A DNA stretch of 64,000 nucleotides, taken from assembly GCF_009914755.1 (NCBI RefSeq), contig NC_060943.1; one strand, written 5' to 3'. This document shows, piece by piece, positions 21,614-39,681 of this stretch (position 1 is its first letter; the number at the start of each line of letters is the position of its first letter). The notes below the pieces were generated by a model. The model saw nothing but the letters and a program-made list of their open reading frames with translations. It did not search any database and was not told where the DNA came from. The position numbers and the translations under genes are program-made. The DNA is from the human T2T-CHM13v2.0 reference genome, Homo sapiens.

Positions 21614-21624
21614 TGGCCACCACC

Positions 21625-22665
21625 ATGGATACAGGCCCCGACCAGTCCTACTTCTCCGGCAATCACTGGTTCGTCTTCTCGGTGTACCTTCTCACTTTCC
21701 TGGTGGGGCTCCCCCTCAACCTGCTGGCCCTGGTGGTCTTCGTGGGCAAGCTGCAGCACCGCCCGGTGGCCGTGGACGTGCTCCTGCTCAACCTGACCGC
21801 CTCGGACCTGCTCCTGCTGCTGTTCCTGCCTTTCCGCATGGTGGAGGCAGCCAATGGCATGCACTGGCCCCTGCCCTTCATCCTCTGCCCACTCTCTGGA
21901 TTCATCTTCTTCACCACCATCTATCTCACCGCCCTCTTCCTGGCAGCTGTGAGCATTGAACGCTTCCTGAGTGTGGCCCACCCACTGTGGTACAAGACCC
22001 GGCCGAGGCTGGGGCAGGCAGGTCTGGTGAGTGTGGCCTGCTGGCTGTTGGCCTCTGCTCACTGCAGCGTGGTCTACGTCATAGAATTCTCAGGGGACAT
22101 CTCCCACAGCCAGGGCACCAATGGGACCTGCTACCTGGAGTTCCGGAAGGACCAGCTAGCCATCCTCCTGCCCGTGCGGCTGGAGATGGCTGTGGTCCTC
22201 TTTGTGGTCCCGCTGATCATCACCAGCTACTGCTACAGCCGCCTGGTGTGGATCCTCGGCAGAGGGGGCAGCCACCGCCGGCAGAGGAGGGTGGCGGGGC
22301 TGTTGGCGGCCACGCTGCTCAACTTCCTTGTCTGCTTTGGGCCCTACAACGTGTCCCATGTCGTGGGCTATATCTGCGGTGAAAGCCCGGCGTGGAGGAT
22401 CTACGTGACGCTTCTCAGCACCCTGAACTCCTGTGTCGACCCCTTTGTCTACTACTTCTCCTCCTCCGGGTTCCAAGCCGACTTTCATGAGCTGCTGAGG
22501 AGGTTGTGTGGGCTCTGGGGCCAGTGGCAGCAGGAGAGCAGCATGGAGCTGAAGGAGCAGAAGGGAGGGGAGGAGCAGAGAGCGGACCGACCAGCTGAAA
22601 GAAAGACCAGTGAACACTCACAGGGCTGTGGAACTGGTGGCCAGGTGGCCTGTGCTGAAAGCTAG
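21625..22665 (+). CDS. FFAR3: Free fatty acid receptor 3 (GPR41), 346 aa
   Basis: Kozak ATG 21625; MDTGPDQSYFSGNHW...ERF...DPFVYYF...VACAES; first copy downstream of FFAR1; Q44 H45 R174 L227 A256 S346. Confidence 0.97.
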   Translation: MDTGPDQSYFSGNHWFVFSVYLLTFLVGLPLNLLALVVFVGKLQHRPVAVDVLLLNLTASDLLLLLFLPFRMVEAANGMHWPLPFILCPLSGFIFFTTIYLTALFLAAVSIERFLSVAHPLWYKTRPRLGQAGLVSVACWLLASAHCSVVYVIEFSGDISHSQGTNGTCYLEFRKDQLAILLPVRLEMAVVLFVVPLIITSYCYSRLVWILGRGGSHRRQRRVAGLLAATLLNFLVCFGPYNVSHVVGYICGESPAWRIYVTLLSTLNSCVDPFVYYFSSSGFQADFHELLRRLCGLWGQWQQESSMELKEQKGGEEQRADRPAERKTSEHSQGCGTGGQVACAES

Positions 22666-23144
22666 GTCCTCCGGGGGAGGAGGGTGTAGCTGGCGTGTCA
22701 TCCTCAGGGCGCTTCCTCGCTCACGCCAGGAGGGACTTGGAGTGGCGAGCTGGGGCCCGATGGGGCTTGGGGGCAGAGTAGACATCTAGCCTCCCTAAGG
22801 GTATGCGCGCTAAAGCCCAGCTCTCGATCTCACCTCCATCCCCATCCACCCACACACTATGGATTGGGCTCTGGGAAGGGGTCAGGGTGAGAGGCTGCTC
22901 TGGAGAACAATGAGGTCCTCATAGCAGCAGGCAGCTCCTGTGTTTTCTTGAGGGTGGCAGAGGAGCTAAGAGCAGTGCCCAGGGTCTGAGGGGGCTGCCC
23001 AGTGAGTGGCAGGGGCAGGAGAGGGGAGAACCCCATCCTCAGAGCTGCTCCCAGCCAGCGAGTCAGGAGCAGGGGAGACAGGGCTCCAGGGATGAGGCCG
23101 CATTCTGCTCCCACAGTGCCTTTTCCAGAAAGTTCCCATTGCTC

Positions 23145-23206
23145 AATAAATGTGGATCATCAGAGACATTTAAGAACAATGACAGAAGAAAAATTACCCA
23201 AATAAA
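23145..23206 (+). terminator. FFAR3: FFAR3 tandem polyA signals
   Basis: AATAAA at 23145-23150 and 23201-23206, each followed by TGTGGA; copies at 35620 and 35676 for GPR42. Confidence 0.7.
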
Positions 23207-25000
23207 TGTGGAAGCAAGCAAAAGAGAACAGTGTTTCCTTCTTCTCCTGTTTTGTTCTGGTGGTGTGCTTGGGCCGGGTGGGACTGGTGGATGGAAGGAG
23301 AAAACACCAGACTCTGGAGGAAAAGGGCCAAACACCAGGATGCCTGGATGCTGGGAGAGGATCTGGCTTGCAGGGATGAAAATAACAGCTGCCCTGTCTA
23401 AAGGACTTGGCCTGACACATCATCTCCTTCTATCTCTCAATAGCCCCGTGAGAGGTACCAGCATTATCCCCAGTTTCAGATGAAGGAGTGGCCCAGAGAG
23501 GTGACATCTCCTACCTGAGATCCCATAGCTGGTGGGCGATTGAAGTGGGACCAGAAGCTGGTGTCAGTTGACTCTGACACCCATGCCCCTAAGCCACTCT
23601 GCTGTTCTCCATCTGTGTGTCACCTGTGGTCACCTGGCCCAGTCAAATGTCCCAAGTCAGATAAGTCTGTCTGAGCAGGACAAATATAAACAGGCCATGA
23701 TAAGAAACAGAACTAAATGCAAAGCATATTGACTATTTGTGTGGGTTCAACCTTTTCCCAGTAAAAAAGCCCTCTTGGAAAAAAAGAAAAAAAGATAATT
23801 AGTCAGCACAATGGACTTCAGGTTTCTGCAAAGTCAGAGAGATGTTCCTCAGAGCTCTATTCATCAAAATATGGCCATTCAGGAAGTTTTCATGTTCCCT
23901 GAGTGGTGGCCCATGAGAAATAGCTGGTCAGGACTTCCTCCCCAAGCAAGGCCACCTGAGACTCGCCAGCCCCTGTTTGCATGCTGTCAGCAGTATTTCA
24001 GAAGCATTTGTTGAACACCTATTGCATGCAGATGGCTGGGCTCAGAACTTCGGGGAGTTCGACACCAAGGTCTTTAAATATCTGCTTCCTCCCTGGGGTT
24101 AAGTGTGCCGGGAGAATGAAGACTGGCTGTGTGTGGGGAAGTGGATTTCAGGTGGAAGGAGAGGGACTCTGTGGAGAGTTGAAACCATGAGCTGTCTCTC
24201 TGTCCCACGGCTCACCTGTCCATCCCCAGGGCACTCAGCCCTGGTGGCTGCAAAGAAGTTGATGCAGGTAGGGGTGTTCATGGCTCAGAAAGGGGACAAA
24301 GGTGCCATGGAATCCTGCAACTTCAGAATGGGCACCGCCACCCCAAGGCAGAGAACAGAAAAACTGAAAACCTCACAGTCGAAAGAGAGCCATGAAGAGC
24401 TGGAGTCTCCCTCCTCCCCCAGGTTTATAAGAGGGAATAAGAGGCAGCTTCATGGGCTTTGCTGTCCCCAGCTATCTCCCAGCCCAGCCCAGTCTGTATA
24501 AGCAAAAGCCCAGGGGTGGGGAAGATGAAAAGCCATCAGGGTGTGGGTGATCGTGGGAGTGGGGGTGAGGAGGATGTTGGAGCATTTTCCATACATCTCA
24601 GAAGCCCAGGGAACGGGGCTGTCATAGAACGGGAGATGCATCTGGGGCTGCCGCTTGGTGCCATCTAGGTGGGGTGGGAGAAAGGCAGAGAGAGGAGGTG
24701 GGAGAAGACTGGGGGGGGTGCAGCAGCTGGCACCCTCTCCAGCGGGCAGAGCAAGTAGGTGTGAATCTCCCATGGGTGAAGCGATCACACGCAAAAAGGA
24801 GGGAGATGGCATCTTTGGAGGGAGGTGGTGATAGGCTGAGACCCCCTCGTTGTCCCCCCCGAAACCTGGTGACCGGCCACACAGAGAGAGGCTGATGATG
24901 GGGGACCTGGAACCTGGAAGGGGCAGAGTGGTCAGATGACCCACACACGCCTGAGAAAACAGATGTGGAGAGGCTGTGTTGTCATTCTGAGGCAGGAAAC

Positions 25001-25031
<31 letters not shown>

Positions 25032-26723
25032 CCGGCACAGTGAGAGACAGAGACGGATTCACAGAGCAGAGCTGGCTTCTCACTGGCAGGCATGGGCACA
25101 CCTGAGAGAGCATCCAGAGAGGTTAGAAATCTTCCTTAGGTCCTCCTGGGAGGCTCAAGTGGCCCCACCGGGGAGCTGAACAGCTGGCTGGATTTCCAGG
25201 GTTGAGAGAAGGAAGCTGCGCAGCCGGCCAGGGCCACATCCCCTGTGCCTCAGGGAGGGACCCCCAGTGTCTCCACCACACTCCCCAGGAGGAGTCCTTG
25301 GAGTTGAAGCCACTGCCTGAGTCCTCCAGTGCCAGCCAGTGGAGGTTGCTCCCGTCCCTTGTCTTCCTCCTCCCCATCCTTCTGCCAGCCCTGGAAAGGT
25401 CAGAAACCACCATTGCGGAGCTAGAGGGGAAGGAGAGGCAGAACAGAGGGGCCTCTCCTCGCAAAAACTAAAATAAGCCCACAGCCTGTGCAGAACCGCA
25501 CCCGGGTGTGATCACTCCTTACCCCACACACCCACTGCCACTTGGAGATGGTTTCACGGCTGCAGTCACAGGGCACCCTGTGTTGTCAGGGGTGAGCCAG
25601 CAAGGCCCGGGGCCTGCCCAGGGGTACATCGAGGGTGGAGAAGACCTGGCCCCAGTGCAGGTGTGAACAGGCAGGAGGGCTGGGGAGGGAATAGCGCTGG
25701 GTTGTGGCCGAGCCCCCAAGCCCTGCTCTTGAGAGGCACTGGCTACACACTCGGCCCCTACCCAGACAGGACGCTGATTCCTCCCTGGCCCTTCTGTGTT
25801 CCTGCATCTTCCAAGACCCTCACCTCCTCCAGTGCCGCATCAGCTCCAGCCAGGATGCCCCATCAGCTTCTCACCCAAGCTGCTAGAACCTCAGGCTAAT
25901 AGCCCTGTCATTCCAGCTCACTCCCCCCGTCCCCTTCTGGCTCACTGCCCATCCTGGGCATCCTCCATCAGCCCGCTGAGGGGACTGCTGAGCCTCAGGG
26001 ACATCTGGCAGCACCAGGAGGTGGGTCCCTCTCTCTGTGTGTCCTCTCTTCACCTGACTGTTCCCCAGACCCCCAGACCACCCCTGCCCAGGTGGCCCCT
26101 GAGAACTGCTAAGCTCAACCGTGACATGGATGGGGCCCAGCTGACCCTTGGGCTCTCCCTGGGGGACCCCCTTTTCCTGTCCCTGGCCACACCCTCACCT
26201 TATTCACACCCGTCTCCTCCCTGCTGCCCCGCCGGCTTTCCACTGTGGGTGTCGGGGGGTCAGCTCCTGCCTTGCCAGGGAACCAGGGAAGGCAGTGGGC
26301 TCAGGAGTCAAACTCCCATTCCTAGAGAAGACTCAGGCAGTGGGCCCAGCCCTGTTCTGAATTCTCTCCACCCCTCCTCCCCACAGAGTCTCAGAAATCA
26401 AGAAGCTTTCTTCCTCTGGGACCCACGCGTGAAGTCCTATCTCCTGTGACCCTGCAGGTGCTCCCCTCATTTTAAGAGATGATGTGGAGAGAAAGCACAG
26501 GACTGGGGGCCACAGCTTCTCATCCAGGCTCCGCTGCTCCCTGGCTGCTGCATTCCTCTGTGGGCCTCCGTTTCCTCGGTGATCCCACCAGGCGAATTGT
26601 AATCCTCCAGGCAGGGCTGGAACCCATGAGTGATCCCAGGAGCCCCTCCTCTCTGGGGCCTCAAGATCTGAGGACGGTGAGCCAGTTGTACACAGGAGCC
26701 GTGCAGGCCAGGACGGTGGCCCC

Positions 26724-26798
26724 ATGGACCTGCCCCCGCAGCTCTCCTTAGCCCTCTATGGGACCACCTGGCTTGTTTCACTTAGCGTAATATTTTAA
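26724..26798 (+). pseudogene. Truncated FFAR1 duplicate: 15 FFAR1-derived codons fused to L1M sequence (24-codon ORF)
   Basis: ATGGACCTGCCCCCGCAGCTCTCCTTAGCCCTCTATGGGACCACCT aligns to FFAR1 14285-14330, then jumps to the homolog of 20049; [24 protein letters not shown]. Confidence 0.85.
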
Positions 26799-26819
26799 AG
26801 ATTCACTCGTGATATAGTA

Positions 26820-27162
26820 CAGCAGTCCCCAAACTTTTTGGCACCAGGGACTGGTTTTGTGGAAAACTATTTTTCCATAGACCTCAGGGGAGTGGGGGGA
26901 TGGTTTTGGGATGAAACTGTTCCACCTCAGATCGTCAGACATTATTTAGATTGCCATAAGGAGCGCGCAACCTAGATCCCTCGCATGTGCGGTTCACAAT
27001 AGGGTTTGCGCTCCTGTGGGAATCTAATGCTGCCGCTGATCTGACAGGAGCTCAGGCGGTCATGCCAGCTTGTCTGCCCACTGCTCACCTCCTGCTGTGT
27101 GGCTGGGTTCCTAACAGACCACTCACCTGCACGGGTCTGCAGCCCGGGGTTGGGGAGCTCTG
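26820..27162 (-). mobile_element. MER1B (hAT-Charlie MITE), unit B only
   Basis: CAGCAGTCCCCAAACTTTTTGGCACCAGG...GGGGTTGGGGAGCTCTG; degenerate 8-bp TSD ATATAGTA/ACGCAGTA. Confidence 0.85.
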
Positions 27163-27289
27163 ACGCAGTAGGTATAGGCAGCTCATTCCTTTTTATTGCC
27201 AAATAGAATTCCAGTGTATGGATGTGCCACTATTTTTATCCACTAACTAGCAGAAGGGCCTCCAGGTGAGGTTTCCACTTTTAGTTCTT

Positions 27290-27614
27290 TTTCTTTTTCT
27301 TTCTTTTCTTCTTCCTTTTTTTTTTATACTTTAAGTTCTGGGATACATGTGCAGAACATGCAGGTTTGCTACATAGGTATACATGTGCCATGGTGGTTTG
27401 CTGCACCCATCAACCCGTCATCTAGGTTTTAAGCCCCACACGCATTAGGTATTTGTCCTAATGCTACCCCTCCCCTTGCCGCCCATGCCCCGACAGGCTG
27501 CGGTGTGTGATGTTCTCCTCCTTGTGTCCATGTGTTCTCATTGTTCAGCTCCTGCTTATGAGTGAGAACATGCAGTGTTTGGTTTTCTGTTCCTGTGTTA
27601 GTTTGCTGAGAATT
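27290..27614 (-). mobile_element. 5'-truncated L1PA 3' end (roughly L1PA7/8-like), unit B only
   Basis: polyT then tatactttaagttctgggatacatgtgcagaac; TSD ACTTTT(A/G)GTTCTT at 27277-27289 and 27615-27627. Confidence 0.85.
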
Positions 27615-28250
27615 ACTTTTGGTTCTTATGATGTATGCTGCTACGAACATTGAGGACTGAGTCTTTGCTTAGACGAATGTTTTCACTTATTTTAAATAAA
27701 TACCTATGGTGGAATTATTGGATCACATGTTAAATTGATGTTTAACTTTTTAAGAAACTGCCACCTGCTTTGCAAAGCAGCTGTACCATCTGACATTCTC
27801 AGCAGCAATGAGAGGCCCCTGTTTCTCCACATCCTCACCATCACTTGTTATTGTCTGCCTTTTGCTTATAGCCATTCTAGTGGATGTGAAATGGCATCAT
27901 TGTGCTCCGTAAGTATTTGAATGAAGAAATAAATTACCTCTGCACTGGAGAGCACTTGGGTTTGAACCCGGGTGGTGATATTTAATAAGCTGTATCACCT
28001 GGAGCAAGTCACTTCCCCACTGTGAGGCACAAAGGATTTCATGACAATAGGGGATGCCTTGAGAAGTGGAGTATCTCTGGATCTGTGGATTATGTGCCTA
28101 CCGAAAAGCAGTTGTTATCATCACCACCGCCACCATTATTATTATTACTGTCACCCCAGAGACATGCCCACACCTGTGACCTGGATGCTGGCAGCTGACA
28201 GGTGCTGAACACTCACCATCACATGCCAGGCCTCCTTCAAAGTACTTGAC

Positions 28251-33302
<5,052 letters not shown>

Positions 33303-34099
33303 AAAGCAATTGACCTATATTATTAACATTTTAATCTACCTGTATATATGTTTTAATCTGCATGTGTTCATGCTTTGAAATATGGTACAGGTACTATGAC
33401 AATCCCTGTTCTGTAGGGGAGGAAGAAGAGACACATCTCTTCCCCCACATCACAAAGTCAGGAAGGAACAGACCTCACGGAGTCCAGTCTCTGTCACTGG
33501 CTCATGCTTTGTGCCCTTAAAAGGCAAACTGGATAAGTGCCATTCTAGAGAACCAGACAAAATTCAAGTGGAAGAGAGGGGAGGGGAAGAAGACGTCAGC
33601 TGGGGCCTGTTTGGAGCATCCCAGCTGAGGCTGCGCAAGGAGGGAGGCACGCAGTTGTGGAATTTGTTCCCCTTTTTGCATACTGACCAGCCCTGGCAAC
33701 GGAGCTCAAGGCATCTTTGTGCCACTGCTCAACAGTGAGTGATGTCATGGGCACGGCCAGGTCTTTATCAGTTCTGCCGGATAAATAGCCAACTGCACTA
33801 GGTCTGGAGAGACAGCAAGGTGCTGTGCGGCAGAGCATTTGGGGTCTCAAAGAAGCAGGTGAGCCTGGGCCCGAGGGGCTGGGTGGAGGAGCACCTTGGT
33901 GCTTCTCTGCTGGGGAAGGGACAGGGGACAGGGCATGCTCAGGAAGACAGGCAGGCTGACCCCGCCTGGAAGGCACCCAGAGACAAGAGGGGTGGGCGTA
34001 GTGACCTCGTGCCCTTTTAGGGGAGATGCTGCTGGCCAGAGGCCGTTAGGGCCCCCACTACCAACTCCATGTTACTCTCTCTCACCAGTGGCCACCACC

Positions 34100-35140
34100 A
34101 TGGATACAGGCCCCGACCAGTCCTACTTCTCCGGCAATCACTGGTTCGTCTTCTCGGTGTACCTTCTCACTTTCCTGGTGGGGCTCCCCCTCAACCTGCT
34201 GGCCCTGGTGGTCTTCGTGGGCAAGCTGCAGCGCCGCCCGGTGGCCGTGGACGTGCTCCTGCTCAACCTGACCGCCTCGGACCTGCTCCTGCTGCTGTTC
34301 CTGCCTTTCCGCATGGTGGAGGCAGCCAATGGCATGCACTGGCCCCTGCCCTTCATCCTCTGCCCACTCTCTGGATTCATCTTCTTCACCACCATCTATC
34401 TCACCGCCCTCTTCCTGGCAGCTGTGAGCATTGAACGCTTCCTGAGTGTGGCCCACCCACTGTGGTACAAGACCCGGCCGAGGCTGGGGCAGGCAGGTCT
34501 GGTGAGTGTGGCCTGCTGGCTGTTGGCCTCTGCTCACTGCAGCGTGGTCTACGTCATAGAATTCTCAGGGGACATCTCCCACAGCCAGGGCACCAATGGG
34601 ACCTGCTACCTGGAGTTCCGGAAGGACCAGCTAGCCATCCTCCTGCCCGTGCGGCTGGAGATGGCTGTGGTCCTCTTTGTGGTCCCGCTGATCATCACCA
34701 GCTACTGCTACAGCCGCCTGGTGTGGATCCTCGGCAGAGGGGGCAGCCACCGCCGGCAGAGGAGGGTGGCGGGGCTGTTGGCGGCCACGCTGCTCAACTT
34801 CCTTGTCTGCTTTGGGCCCTACAACGTGTCCCATGTCGTGGGCTATATCTGCGGTGAAAGCCCGGCGTGGAGGATCTACGTGACGCTTCTCAGCACCCTG
34901 AACTCCTGTGTCGACCCCTTTGTCTACTACTTCTCCTCCTCCGGGTTCCAAGCCGACTTTCATGAGCTGCTGAGGAGGTTGTGTGGGCTCTGGGGCCAGT
35001 GGCAGCAGGAGAGCAGCATGGAGCTGAAGGAGCAGAAGGGAGGGGAGGAGCAGAGAGCGGACCGACCAGCTGAAAGAAAGACCAGTGAACACTCACAGGG
35101 CTGTGGAACTGGTGGCCAGGTGGCCTGTGCTGAAAACTAG
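34100..35140 (+). CDS. GPR42: GPR42, FFAR3 paralog, intact 346 aa ORF
   Basis: Exactly 12,475 bp downstream of FFAR3; Q44 R45 R174 L227 A256 N346; same exon 1/intron layout (donor 33859, acceptor 34088). Confidence 0.95.
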   Translation: MDTGPDQSYFSGNHWFVFSVYLLTFLVGLPLNLLALVVFVGKLQRRPVAVDVLLLNLTASDLLLLLFLPFRMVEAANGMHWPLPFILCPLSGFIFFTTIYLTALFLAAVSIERFLSVAHPLWYKTRPRLGQAGLVSVACWLLASAHCSVVYVIEFSGDISHSQGTNGTCYLEFRKDQLAILLPVRLEMAVVLFVVPLIITSYCYSRLVWILGRGGSHRRQRRVAGLLAATLLNFLVCFGPYNVSHVVGYICGESPAWRIYVTLLSTLNSCVDPFVYYFSSSGFQADFHELLRRLCGLWGQWQQESSMELKEQKGGEEQRADRPAERKTSEHSQGCGTGGQVACAEN

Positions 35141-36450
35141 GTCCTCCGGGGGAGGAGGGTGTAGCTGGCGTGTCATCCTCAGGGCGCTTCCTCGCTCACG
35201 CCAGGAGGGACTTGGAGTGGCGAGCTGGGGCCCGATGGGGCTTGGGGGCAGAGTAGACATCTAGCCTCCCTAAGGGTATGCGCGCTAAAGCCCAGCTCTC
35301 GATCTCACCTCCATCCCCATCCACCCACACACTATGGATTGGGCTCTGGGAAGGGGTCAGGGTGAGAGGCTGCTCTGGAGAACAATGAGGTCCTCACAGC
35401 AGCAGGCAGCTCCTGTGTTTTCTTGAGGGTGGCAGAGGAGCTAAGAGCAGTGCCCAGGGTCTGAGGGGGCTGCCCAGTGAGTGGCAGGGGCAGGAGAGGG
35501 GAGAACCCCATCCTCAGAGCTGCTCCCAGCCAGCGAGTCAGGAGCGGGGGAGACAGGGCTCCAGGGATGAGGCCGCATTCTGCTCCCACAGTGCCTTTTC
35601 CAGAAAGTTCCCATTGCTCAATAAATGTGGATCATCAGAGACATTTATGAACAATGACAGAAGAAAAATTACCCAAATAAATGTGGAAGCAAGCAAAAGA
35701 GAACAGTGTTTCCTTCTTCTCCTGTTTTGTTCTGGTGGTGTGCTTGGGCCGGGTGGGACTGGTGGATGGAAGGAGAAAACACCAGACTCTGGAGGAAAAG
35801 GGCCAAACACCAGGATGCCTGGATGCTGGGAGAGGATCTGGCTTGCAGGGATGAAAATAACAGCTGCCCTGTCTAAAGGACTTGGCCTGACACATCATCT
35901 CCTTCTATCTCTCAATAGCCCTGTGAGAGGTACCAGCATTATCCCCAGTTTCAGATGAAGGAGTGGCCCAGAGAGGTGACATCTCCTACCCGAGATCCCA
36001 TAGCTGGTGGGCGATTGAAGTGGGACCAGAAGCTGGTGTCAGTTGACTCTGACACCCATGCCCCTAAGCCACTCTGCTGTTCTCCATCTGTGTGTCACCT
36101 GTGGTCACCTGGCCCAGTCAGATGAGGCTGTCTGAGCAGGACAAATGCAAACAGGCTGTGATAAGGAACAGAACTAAATGCAAAGCACAGTGAGTATCTG
36201 TGTGAGTGCATCCTCTCCCCAGTAAAGAAGACTTCTTGAAAAGTATAGATTACGATACTTGGAGTCAATGATTGGGCAGGTGACTCACAGTGGGCACCCG
36301 ATGCTCCTCGATCTTAGCTAATGCAGGATCTCTTCAACTTTTTACATCCTTGTCCCCTTCAGAAGCCTCTTTGGATATACATCTTTCCTACACAGCACAT
36401 TCCTCTGCCTGCTTATGCAATTTCAGTGCAACCAACACACTGTCGGTTTA

Positions 36451-37113
<663 letters not shown>

Positions 37114-37862
37114 CTATTTGGGATCAACATTGCTGCTGCTGAGAATGTCTGAGCTGCAGAAATGGTCCCATCTAATATACTGATAGAGCCTGTCTCACAG
37201 AACTGTAGCCCAACAAAATTAGGCTGAGGACCTTGCTGCAGGAATGGAGATCACACTACGGAAGAAGTGTGAGGTCTCATACAAGAGAAGAGACCCAGTT
37301 ATCATCGAATTTGAGCTAAGAGTAGCGTGAATTTAGATGAAGAGGTGTGTGATAGGCTCAACACAAAGCAGGGATGTGTGGAAAGAGGCCAGTGTTAGAT
37401 GGAGGCCAGGAAGATTACTCAAGGTCCTGTTTCTCTGGAAAATACCAAGCAAAGATAAAGGTAGAACTCCGTATTGGAAAACTCCTTATCTGAAGCTCTG
37501 GTGGGTTGAAAATCAAGGTTGCATCTCTGTGTCAGAGACTCTGATCCTCTAAGCAGAAGTATATGTTCCTTTCTTACTCATGATCTCATGCAGCTAAGTT
37601 TCTGACTATCTTTGACTTTTGAGAACAAGGTTTCTTAGCAATATCCTTTTGTTAATTAGCAAAACAAGTTTTTAAAGGTTTACAAGAGAAACTTTTTTAG
37701 AAGGAGAGATCCTCCTTCACCGAAACCAAGGGCAGGTCAACCCAGAAGGACAAGAGGAAGGGAAGATTCAACCCATCTCGGCTACAGCTTCCTGAGGCCA
37801 TAGGTCAAGTCTCAGCTTACAGGGGAGTGAGAGGAAACAAGAAATTTTAAATCACCCAGTGT

Positions 37863-38173
37863 TGGTTGGGTGCGATGACTCACGCCTGTAATCTCAGTGC
37901 CTTGAGAGGCTGAAGTGGGAGGACTGCTTGAAGCAAGACTCCGTAATCTAAGAAAAAAAGTTAGTCGGGCATAGTGGCATGTGCCCATAGTCCCAGCTGC
38001 TCATGAGGCTGAGGCAGGAAGATCGCTTGAACCCAGGAGGTCGAGGCTACAGTGAGCCGTGATTGTACCACTGCACTCCAGCCTGGGTAACAGAGCAAGA
38101 CCCTGAAAAAAAAAAAAAAAAGGAAAGAAGAAAGGAAGAAAGAAAGAGAGAAAGAAAGAAAAGGAAAGAAGGA

Positions 38174-38221
<48 letters not shown>

Positions 38222-38525
38222 GAAAGAAAGAAAGAGGAAAGAAAGGAAAGGAAAGGAAGAAAAGAAAAGAAAAGAAATGAGTAAATCACCAAGAGTGCGG
38301 GAAGATCGCTTGAGCCCAGGAGGAGGTCGAGGCTACAGTGAGCCGTGATTGTACCACTGCACTCCAGCCTGGGTAACAGAGCAAGACCCTGAAAGAAAAA
38401 AAAGAAAAAGGAAAGAGAGGAAAGAAAAAAGAAAGAAAGGAAGGAAGGAAGGAAGGGAAAGAGAGAGAAAGAAAGAGAGAAAGAAAGGAAAAGAAAAGAA
38501 AGAAATGTATAAATCACCAAGCGTG
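37863..38525 (+). mobile_element. AluJ with GA-rich tail, plus a tandem duplicate of its 3' end
   Basis: 38017-38297 is repeated at 38300-38525. Confidence 0.85.
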
Positions 38526-38883
38526 ACCAGAAACCTTTGGAAGCCACCTAAGAAACTGACAAAGATGGTTCAATCCATCCCATGGAAGGCAGTGAGACCA
38601 TTGCAGGCTTGAGCCCAGTACGCTCAGACTACTCAGTAAACCAGTGGCAGTGGCAGACAGGAGAGAGAGCAGGAATTCCCCACTGGGAGACAGGATGCCA
38701 GTGCCTTTTTATGAGTTAAACATGTATCCACTAGAGAGTGCAGTAAGTGGCCTCTCAGGCTGTGCATATGCCTGGTGGGGCATGGGAAGCTGTGCTGCAA
38801 GACAGGATCCGTCAGCCGGCTTCAACTGGGTTCAGCTGGGAGGGGGCAGACATAGACCTGGTCAGGGCCGGCGGAGGTGGAAG

Positions 38884-39681
<798 letters not shown>

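Noticed and set aside
21421-21624. 68-aa N-terminal extension of FFAR3 (and 33896-34099 for GPR42) in the 414-aa ORF calls
   Set aside because: It starts at a TTG inside the 5'UTR intron; the Kozak ATG is at 21625 (34100 for GPR42)
25796-26449. 217-aa ORF in the duplicated FFAR1 upstream region
   Set aside because: Non-ATG start, no recognisable domain, and the frame is broken in the unit A copy
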